Program-made: the position numbers and the translations under genes | From: Candidatus Bathyarchaeia archaeon | Lineage (GTDB): Archaea; Thermoproteota; Bathyarchaeia; Bathyarchaeales; Bathycorpusculaceae | NCBI GenBank assembly: GCA_049969855.1 | Contig: JBMFOB010000004.1 | Coordinates: 1 to 64,000 of the forward strand | DNA length: 64,000 nt | Direction of reading: 5' to 3' | In this document: piece by piece, positions 57,202 to 64,000 of the stretch | How the letters are laid out: every line of letters begins with the position of its first letter | Position numbering within the stretch: the stretch's first letter is position 1 | Notes under the pieces: generated by a model | Told to the model about the DNA's origin: nothing | Seen by the model: the letters and a program-made list of their open reading frames with translations, nothing else | The model's database searches: none

Positions 57202-57423
57202 CTATTGAGCGTGGTGGATTGTGGCAGTGGGGGTGCTGCCAACAAATTCAGATATGCTTTTTGTGGGAATTTGAATGAATCTCCGAAGGGCTTCCATCTT
57301 TTTAAGAACTTTACTTACCATCATTTCTCCCTCTAAATATCTATTTACCATATCTATGAATCTTTCTATTTGAGCATAACCACCAACACTGCGGCGCTTA
57401 AGCGTCTCAATACGCTTATCCAA
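57202..57423 (-). other. Short ORF or gene fragment of unknown origin within the decayed island
   Basis: 73-aa ORF abutting the truncated MTase; internal GAGGGAG SD before MMVSKVLKK. Confidence 0.3.
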
Positions 57424-57528
57424 ACTCTACGCTTAATCGCGCCATGTTAAATCCGTGCGTCAACCAAATTTAAATTTACATTCACCAAAAATAAGACATA
57501 AGATACAAAAAGGGAGAACAGCAAACAA

Positions 57529-58131
57529 ATGCAAAAACAAGACCAGTTAGAAGTGATAGCGGCTGAAATTTTAAACTGCAAAAAATGTGGCTTGCACAAA
57601 ACCCGAAAGAACGCTGTTCCAGGCGAAGGCAATCCGGAAAGCCATGTGATGTTTGTTGGTGAGGCTCCTGGTTATTGGGAAGACGTTAAGGGTAAGCCAT
57701 TTGTTGGTGCTGCTGGAAAATTTCTTGGCACGTTACTAGCCAGCATAGGCTTTTCGAGAGAAGATGTTTTTATAGGCAATGTTTTAAAGTGTAGACCGCC
57801 TGAAAACCGTGAACCCGCACCAAATGAAATTCAAACATGCACACCCTACTTGGATAGGCAGATTAAGGTTATTCAGCCAAAATTTATTGTCACTCTTGGA
57901 AATTATTCCACAGCTTACATTTTTTCAAAGGCTAATTTGGATTTTAGCAGCATTACACAAGTGCATGGAAAAATCTATGAAACAGTAGTTTTAGGCATGC
58001 CTATGATGGTTTTTCCAACATTTCATCCGGCTGCAGCCCTCTACAGCGCTAGATATAAGGAAGAGTTAACTGAGGATTTTCAAAGGTTGGGGCGGGAGCT
58101 GACAAAAAGAGGATTAATCAAATTTTCATGA
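57529..58131 (+). CDS. udg: Uracil-DNA glycosylase, family 4 ([4Fe-4S])
   Basis: CKKC.L, VGEAPG..E...G.PFVG.AG, KCRPP.NR.P...C, HPAA. Confidence 0.96.
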   Translation: MQKQDQLEVIAAEILNCKKCGLHKTRKNAVPGEGNPESHVMFVGEAPGYWEDVKGKPFVGAAGKFLGTLLASIGFSREDVFIGNVLKCRPPENREPAPNEIQTCTPYLDRQIKVIQPKFIVTLGNYSTAYIFSKANLDFSSITQVHGKIYETVVLGMPMMVFPTFHPAAALYSARYKEELTEDFQRLGRELTKRGLIKFS

Positions 58132-59029
58132 CGGATTTTATTTCATTAAGGAGCTCTTCTGCATTCTTGAAAGTTTTGGAAGGCAAGGCAGTCAAAAAAG
58201 TGTTAAGTCTCTCTTGTTTTCCCTCTTCAGCCTCCACAAGTCTCCATCCAACCTTCTTAATTAACATGCTTTTTGAAATGGGATAGCGTGTTCTTCCCAA
58301 AATCTCCTTTAGTGATTGTAAGCCGATGGTGCTGGTGATTTTTGGGAATTTTCCTTCAGCTAGATATCTCTTAAAGCGTGTTGCATCGTCAAACATTGAA
58401 AGGTTATTAAACAGTACGTAAACCTCTTTTCCGTGCTTTTCGTAGGGTGTTATGGATTCTTTAAGCCTTTTCAATTCTGCATCGCTGTATTGGTAATAAT
58501 ACATTTGTTCGCCTAAACCGTGAAGCCTAAAATAGGCTATTTCAGCGGCATAGGCGGGCATAACCCTAAATGGGTCAGTAACATGTGCAACATTGGCTTC
58601 TTCCAAAACTTTCCTAAGCCTCTCGTAAGTTTCTGGAGTCTCCCATGCTGGTCCACGAGTCTCCCAAACCAAAACCAAACCTTCACGGTTGATTTCTTTG
58701 AAAAATTTTTCAGCATCTTCAAGCTTGTCGGGTCTGAAAGAGCTTGGCGTCTGGATAAGCAGTATTTTGGAATCTAAAACTTTGCATATTTGCTTCATTT
58801 TTTCGAAAGCTTGAAGGCTTGCGTCGCTGATTTTCATTTTTTCTTTGTGGCTTATGTCTTGGTGCGCTTTCACTGTGAACTCGAATGTTTCTGGTGCCTT
58901 CTTCCGCCAGCCTTCTACGGTTTCCATGCGTGGGTATTGGTAAAAGGTGCTGTTCAACTCTACAAGGCTAAAATTCTCAAAGTATTTCTTCATTGATGTT
59001 GGGAAACCGCAACATCCAACCTTAATCAT
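58118..59029 (-). CDS. DUF72 (YecE-like TIM barrel) protein with C-terminal DUF2795-like extension
   Basis: VGCCG, VELNSTFY, FTVKA...ISH, Q.P.SF, WE.R, YFRLHG, YxY, FNN; tail YPISK..L...LP...F....EL. Confidence 0.88.
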   Translation of the reverse strand: MIKVGCCGFPTSMKKYFENFSLVELNSTFYQYPRMETVEGWRKKAPETFEFTVKAHQDISHKEKMKISDASLQAFEKMKQICKVLDSKILLIQTPSSFRPDKLEDAEKFFKEINREGLVLVWETRGPAWETPETYERLRKVLEEANVAHVTDPFRVMPAYAAEIAYFRLHGLGEQMYYYQYSDAELKRLKESITPYEKHGKEVYVLFNNLSMFDDATRFKRYLAEGKFPKITSTIGLQSLKEILGRTRYPISKSMLIKKVGWRLVEAEEGKQERLNTFLTALPSKTFKNAEELLNEIKSVMKI

Positions 59030-59044
59030 TATGGTTCGCGCCTG

Positions 59045-59812
59045 TTATGCGCTTATTTTTGGTGGTGGGCGGACTGGTTTTCCAAGTTTTCTGCGAAGCG
59101 CAATGCGATAGAGCTTCCTCAAAGATTTTATTAACTGCTCAACCGTTGGCAAACTAGAATAAATAAGCGGAATACGGTCATACTCCGCCAGCCTTATTGA
59201 ATGTTCATCCGGCTTAACGCCTTGGAAAACCACAACCCGAGGCTTCAAATTGTTCAAGCGGACAATCATCATAGGCGAATTCTCATTCCCTATATTTGTA
59301 AAAATTAATGCGCGTTCTGTTGTAGCGCCAAAAAGTTGCGAATACTCCAAGCCAGAAAGGGTTTCAATCGCCCTTTTCTCATCAACAACGGTGTAACCGT
59401 AAACTTCCTTAACGAATGTGCTTGTGCATGCGACTATTTCGCCTTTTATGGCTTTGCATAAGTATTCTATGCGAACTGGTATTGGAAACTCTCTGAGGTC
59501 AAGTATGGCTACACTGGGCGAACTTGTTAATTTTGCAAATTCGCGGATGAAACGGCTTCCGCGTTCTTCATCGATTTTTAATAATGCCCAAACGAACCTT
59601 CTAACAAACTTTGTGCCTGGGCTTTCGCGTCGTCCGCTTTCGTAATCGCTAATAACAGAAGACGCTATCACCATTTTATCTGAAAGACTTGTTTGTGAAA
59701 CAGCGAAAAGCTCACGCCATTTCCGCATTGTGGCGCCAGGCTTGTTGGATAGGATTATTTCTCCTGCTATTCTTCTTGCTAGAACTTCGCGAACGCTTGG
59801 GGATACTGACAT
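59045..59812 (-). CDS. Archaeal HTH transcriptional regulator (COG1709-like)
   Basis: RIAGEI.LS..PG..MRKWRE.F..SQ, SVISDYESGRR.SPG, G.T.ERALIFT, SPM. Confidence 0.88.
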   Translation of the reverse strand: MSVSPSVREVLARRIAGEIILSNKPGATMRKWRELFAVSQTSLSDKMVIASSVISDYESGRRESPGTKFVRRFVWALLKIDEERGSRFIREFAKLTSSPSVAILDLREFPIPVRIEYLCKAIKGEIVACTSTFVKEVYGYTVVDEKRAIETLSGLEYSQLFGATTERALIFTNIGNENSPMMIVRLNNLKPRVVVFQGVKPDEHSIRLAEYDRIPLIYSSLPTVEQLIKSLRKLYRIALRRKLGKPVRPPPKISA

Positions 59813-59889
59813 GCCATGCGACCTTCCAGTCTGCCAAGTTTTCCTTTAAAACATTGCGAAGTATAAAACTGTACCGTTTTTCTTTTCAT

Positions 59890-60804
59890 TCAAAAGAGGA
59901 ATATTAGAAAAATTCCTGCGACAACCATTATGGCTCCAACAGCATTTTTTGGTGTGATACGTTCGTGAAGGAGAAGAACTGCTAACAATGTGGAAAAGAG
60001 GGGTGTTGTTGAAGATATTGGAACGGCTCGTGCTTCTGGAATGTGTATGAAACTGAATGCAAGGAGAAACCATCCCAAACCCAACGCCACAATTCCCCCT
60101 GAAACTAGAAGAGCCCACGTTTTTCTCTCTATCTTCAAAAAACTGAAGTCTCTGTCAATGAGGGGCGAAAAGGCCAGCAGGGCAATCGCCACGGCAGCGG
60201 TTCTTATGGTGTTTATGGCTAAAGCATGTTCCAAATCGCTTGTTTCTGGAAGGGTCACAGCGACGTCAATCATGGCTATGCTAACTGACCAAAATATGGC
60301 TGCTGCCAGAGCGGAAACAACTCCCTTAACCAAAATTTTCTTCTGTTTCCTCATCCCATTTGCATTTTTCTCTTCGCTTAGAAGCCATACTCCCAGAACT
60401 ATTATGATAGCTCCAAAAACGACTGGTAAAGTGACGGGTTCTCCGAGGAATGTTGCCCATAAAAGTCCGAAGAGGGGATAAATGCATGTTATTGGGACGG
60501 CGCGTCCTACGCCTATAAGTTTTAGGCTAACCATGTATAATGTGTCGCCGAAGCCCAGCCCTATTATGCCGCTGGCGCAAGAGAGTGAAACAGCATAATT
60601 TGGCAAGCTTGTTAAGATGGCAGTTCTGCCGCTTAAGGCTAAAAAGATAAACAGAATTGTGCATGTGCTTGTTAATCGCATTATGTTTGCTGAAATAGGC
60701 TTAGTTTTCAACAATGCCTCTTTATACAGCATAGCCGATATTGTCCAGCTGAAGGCTGCGCCTAAAGCCGCAAGTTCTCCAATCATTTTTTCACGCTTTT
60801 TCAC
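59890..60804 (-). CDS. DMT/EamA family transporter
   Basis: About 10 TM in two repeats; G..RAVPI...PLF, E..T....G. Confidence 0.92.
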   Translation of the reverse strand: MKKREKMIGELAALGAAFSWTISAMLYKEALLKTKPISANIMRLTSTCTILFIFLALSGRTAILTSLPNYAVSLSCASGIIGLGFGDTLYMVSLKLIGVGRAVPITCIYPLFGLLWATFLGEPVTLPVVFGAIIIVLGVWLLSEEKNANGMRKQKKILVKGVVSALAAAIFWSVSIAMIDVAVTLPETSDLEHALAINTIRTAAVAIALLAFSPLIDRDFSFLKIERKTWALLVSGGIVALGLGWFLLAFSFIHIPEARAVPISSTTPLFSTLLAVLLLHERITPKNAVGAIMVVAGIFLIFLF

Positions 60805-60877
60805 TTGAGCTTATAGAGGAGATGATTTTGCTCTAAGCTGTTAAATACCTAACGCTGTATAAAATCCGAACAGTGCG

Positions 60878-61573
60878 TTGAAAATGCAAATCCTCGTTAG
60901 TTGGGCTTCAGAAGTTTCTTCAAGGTTTCCAGAACTTGCCATCTGCATTGGCGTAATCTGCAATGTCAGAGTGGAGAAAGAAAATGAACGGATTAATAGT
61001 CTTAAAAAGTCTGTTTATGAGGAAGTTAGAGCCAAATACAGCATTGAAACCTTGAAAGATGATCTAACAGTGCGAGCCTACAGAGACTTTTATTGGAGGC
61101 TTGGCATAGACCCAACGAAAACTAGACCTTCAGGTGAAGCCTTGCTGAGACGGGTTTTGCATGGTGATGAACTTCCGCGAATATCAACGGTTGTGGACGC
61201 TTACAACTTGGCTTCTATGAAAACAATAATCCCAATAAGCGGATTCGACAAAGACCGCTTAAACCCGCCCTTCGAGGTTCGATTTGCAAGAAACGGCGAA
61301 ACCTTCACGGGAATTGGCATGAGTAAACCCATCGCCTTAACGGATAAAATGCTTGTTTTAGCAGACCAAAAACAAGTTTTATGCATTTACCCTTACAGAG
61401 ACTCAGACTGCACAAAGATTACTGAAAACACACGGAATGTGTTGGTTGTTGGGTATGGTGCTCCAGAAATATCCCAAGAACAGCTTAAAGAGGCTGTGGA
61501 AACAACTCTTTCATACATCAAATTGGTTTCAGGCGGCGAAACTGGAATTTTAAAGGTTTTTAGCCGTACTTAG
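60878..61573 (+). CDS. B3/B4 tRNA-editing-like domain protein
   Basis: AYRDFYWRLGIDPTK.RPS.EALLRR, VDAYN..S, PYRDS. Confidence 0.9.
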   Translation: MKMQILVSWASEVSSRFPELAICIGVICNVRVEKENERINSLKKSVYEEVRAKYSIETLKDDLTVRAYRDFYWRLGIDPTKTRPSGEALLRRVLHGDELPRISTVVDAYNLASMKTIIPISGFDKDRLNPPFEVRFARNGETFTGIGMSKPIALTDKMLVLADQKQVLCIYPYRDSDCTKITENTRNVLVVGYGAPEISQEQLKEAVETTLSYIKLVSGGETGILKVFSRT

Positions 61574-61588
61574 TGTTCAGATTTGTTA

Positions 61589-61917
61589 CTAGGTTTCGGT
61601 TAAGGGGTCTTTGAAGGTTATCTTAAAGTCTTTCCATAAGATTTCCGTATGAGTTAGGAGTTCTTGGTCATGTGTGTATATTGCTGGAATTTTGTTTGTT
61701 ATGAAGTCAGAAGCATCTTCAGTCTCCTCTCAGCTTCACTTGAAACCCATTTTTGTCCAAAAACAAGCGTGTGATAGGTTTCGTGAAGCACCGTTGGGTT
61801 TATAGCAACCCTGTTTTCTGAGGATAAGTTGATGAGAAGATTTTTAAGCTTCTCATGTTCGGAGAAGGCGGAATCCAAAGCATAGCATAAAATGTTAGTA
61901 TCTAAACCAATGATCAC
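61589..61917 (-). pseudogene. vapC: VapC/PIN toxin with internal deletion and frameshift
   Basis: N-terminal LDTNIL...LHE..H ends MLLTS*; a shifted frame carries the PIN C-terminus FITNKIPAIYTHDQELL...FKDPLTET*; the middle helix with the third acidic residue is missing. Confidence 0.75.
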
Positions 61918-61918
61918 G

Positions 61919-62161
61919 TTAAGCCTTGCTCCAAACAGCTTTCATCTTTGAAGGTGGCCAATTCTCAGGTTTGCCTTTTCTTGGAGGTTCAGATGTTATG
62001 ACCTTTCGGAATTCTTCCATGAAATTTCGTGGTTTACCTGGCGCTATTAGGAAGCCTTCATTAGTTCTTTTAAGCGTGACGATGTCGCCTATCTGTTCCC
62101 TTATATCTGGAGGAAGGTAAAGCCTGCCCTTTGAATCCATTTTAAGTTGAACTTCATTCAT
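61919..62161 (-). CDS. AbrB/MazE/SpoVT-type antitoxin (VapB)
   Basis: MDSKGRLYLP.DIRE motif; directly upstream of the PIN gene; start ATG 62161. Confidence 0.85.
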   Translation of the reverse strand: MNEVQLKMDSKGRLYLPPDIREQIGDIVTLKRTNEGFLIAPGKPRNFMEEFRKVITSEPPRKGKPENWPPSKMKAVWSKA

Positions 62162-62317
62162 AATCCCACCATGATAAAGTGGGAAAACATAACATTTAAG
62201 CATATCGTTTAACCATGAAGAGGAGCCCGAACATTCCATGTATCTTTTGTAAATGCAAATTTTAAAGCAAGGAAAAGGTTTTTAGCTGCACATCCAAATA
62301 ATGGATGGCGTTAAAAT

Positions 62318-63085
62318 ATGTCTTTCCGTGAAAGAATGGAGCAAACAGCCAAAAACAAAAAATCCAACATTGTTTTGAACTTAGATTTTCCCTTTGAGAA
62401 GCCCGAAAACCGTGAAAACCTCTTTAAGAGGGCGATTGGTGTTCTTGAGGCGGTTTCGCCTTACGTTTGCGCTGTAAAAATTAACCATCATTTGGTTCTT
62501 CCCCTCGGCACTTTTGACGGCGTTCAAAAACTTGTGGGGAAGGCGCATGATTTTGGGCTTATGGCAATAATGGATTGTAAGGCAAACGATATTGGCTCAA
62601 CAAACCAGGTTATCGCCGAATATTATTATGCTGCTGGTTTCGACGCTCTCATAGCCAACCCGTTTATTGGATGGGAAGAAGGTTTAAAGCCAATTTTCGA
62701 CGTTGCCAAAAAGCAGCAGCGCGGCATAATTCTTCTCGTTTATATGAGTCACAAGGGAGCAAGCGAAGGCTATGGGCAGACTGTTTATGACGTTAAAACT
62801 GGAGAGAAAACTCTGCAGTATATTGTTTTTGCGAAAAAAGCCTTAAAATGGGAAGCCGACGGCGTTGTTGTTGGAGCCACATATCCTGAAAAAATACGGG
62901 AAGTACACGAAATATTGGGCGAAAAAATACCCATATACTCTCCTGGAATTGGCGCTCAAGGCGGCGAAATAAAATCTGCTTTGAAGGCTGGAGCCCGTTA
63001 TCTATTGGTGGGAAGGGCAATAACGCTTGCTGAAAATCCCGCTGCTTCTGCCAAGGAAATTAGGAATCTTGCCATGTCAAAATGA
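62318..63085 (+). CDS. pyrF: Orotidine-5'-phosphate decarboxylase
   Basis: DCKANDIGST (DxKxxDI), VVGAT, SPGIGAQGG, VGRAI. Confidence 0.95.
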   Translation: MSFRERMEQTAKNKKSNIVLNLDFPFEKPENRENLFKRAIGVLEAVSPYVCAVKINHHLVLPLGTFDGVQKLVGKAHDFGLMAIMDCKANDIGSTNQVIAEYYYAAGFDALIANPFIGWEEGLKPIFDVAKKQQRGIILLVYMSHKGASEGYGQTVYDVKTGEKTLQYIVFAKKALKWEADGVVVGATYPEKIREVHEILGEKIPIYSPGIGAQGGEIKSALKAGARYLLVGRAITLAENPAASAKEIRNLAMSK

Positions 63086-63094
63086 CGGCAGTTT

Positions 63095-63247
63095 TTATCT
63101 TTCACGTCTTTCCCAAAGCTCCTTTTTAAGCATGTCTCTAACTGCTGAACGTATGGCTGCGCTTCTGCTTGGATACATATTCGCCCTAACAAGCTCGTCT
63201 AATCCTTCCAGATAAGCTTCTGGTAACAATACTGTTACAAGTTTCAC
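63095..63247 (-). CDS. Ribbon-helix-helix (CopG/CdrS-like) regulator
   Basis: KLVTVLLPEAYLEGLDELV...YPSRSAAIR.AVRDML; GTG start 63247 after a GGGGG SD. Confidence 0.88.
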   Translation of the reverse strand: MKLVTVLLPEAYLEGLDELVRANMYPSRSAAIRSAVRDMLKKELWERRER

Positions 63248-63318
63248 TTTATTTCCCCCTAAACATATTATGCATATAACATGCTGCAAATATAAAATTT
63301 GACCACGAACTCGAATCT

Positions 63319-63651
63319 TTAAAGGCTTTCTCTGGTGTTCCAAACTTCTTTAAGTGTGTTTTGGAATGTTTTGTAGACGTCTTCAACGTAGATGGTGTGG
63401 TGGCGTATTCCTTCTTGAACCATTCCTGCAGCAACCAAGGCGGAGCCTACTATGTCGCTTATTGTTGGGTCTGGGAAGGCTATTAAGGCTAAACCAATTT
63501 TTATTAATTTTGAACTTTTTCCTTTGCGCCACAAATTTTTTGTTGCTTTGGCTTCTCTTGTTGTTTCTTTCATTGTTTGAAGTAGCTCTCCATAACTTTC
63601 GTTCAATTCCTTTAAGGCGTCAGCCAAAGCTTTTACATCTTCGGTTTTCAT
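63319..63651 (-). CDS. Hypothetical protein (coiled N-terminus + hydrophobic hairpin)
   Basis: Clean 110-aa ORF; GLALIAFPDPTISDIVGSALVAAG. Confidence 0.6.
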   Translation of the reverse strand: MKTEDVKALADALKELNESYGELLQTMKETTREAKATKNLWRKGKSSKLIKIGLALIAFPDPTISDIVGSALVAAGMVQEGIRHHTIYVEDVYKTFQNTLKEVWNTRESL

Positions 63652-63866
63652 TTGAACCCTGCCTAACTTTGTCTATTATAGATTATGAAGCACAAAAACT
63701 TTAAACTCAGTAATTACCTTACTTTGCGGCTTTTCCTTTCTATAAAACTCTTCCATTTTTAAAAAATGGATTGGAAATTTACTTTTTCAGCCTACATTTT
63801 TTATTGTTTTGTGGTAAATCATAAATTTGGAAACAGCAAATCAATTACAGCTTGAAAAGGGGTGTC

Positions 63867-64000
63867 ATGGTGGAATCGTTTGAAGCGAAAAATTTTGTGG
63901 AATCCCAAATTGAAAAAATTAAGAAGAGTATAGGCAACGAAAAGGCTTTGGTTGCTGTTTCAGGCGGTGTTGACAGTTCAACATGCGCTGTGCTGACGCA
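63867..64000 (+). CDS. guaA: GMP synthase ATP-pyrophosphatase subunit, 5' end; runs off the window
   Basis: Manual translation MVESFEAKNFVESQIEKIKKSIGNEKALVAVSGGVDSSTCAVLT with the PP-loop SGGVDSS; GGGGTG SD upstream. Confidence 0.88.
   Translation, partial: MVESFEAKNFVESQIEKIKKSIGNEKALVAVSGGVDSSTCAVLT

Noticed and set aside
1-64000. CRISPR array, tRNA, rRNA, integrase or transposase
   Set aside because: No regularly spaced repeats, cloverleaf or GC-rich structural RNA, and no recombinase motifs seen

Overview
Gene-dense archaeal chromosomal window with no rRNA, tRNA or CRISPR array. The combination of eS25, eS26 and eS17 ribosomal proteins, an HMf-type histone, an RPC34/TFE-beta homolog, HdrABC, tetraether synthase and frequent TTG/GTG starts points to a TACK archaeon, most plausibly Bathyarchaeia (inference). 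Most genes are housekeeping: KEOPS kae1/bud32, proteasome beta, thermosome, rpo6, pyrC/pyrF, nadC/nadM. The strongest candidates for undescribed biology are four. (1) A trpB2 gene followed 10 nt later by a SbnI/SerK-like ParB-fold gene, with a divergent ACT regulator; this suggests a serine -> O-phosphoserine -> tryptophan (indole salvage) module. (2) A roughly 12-kb redox cluster: hdrA-hdrC-hdrB-acyl-CoA dehydrogenase, etfBA, and lhgO-korABG-thrC-like, with no mvhD. (3) A 1.2-kaa Ser/Thr kinase-STAND ATPase-TPR protein preceded by a possible pseudo-zincin. (4) Sequence-level oddities missed by the ORF track: a -1 frameshift splitting a fucose-isomerase-like gene, an ACG start codon behind a perfect SD for a DUF4438-like gene, a decayed ThaI-like R-M island, an internally deleted vapC, and a proteasome beta lacking Thr1. 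All family calls come from motif recognition by eye; no database search was run.
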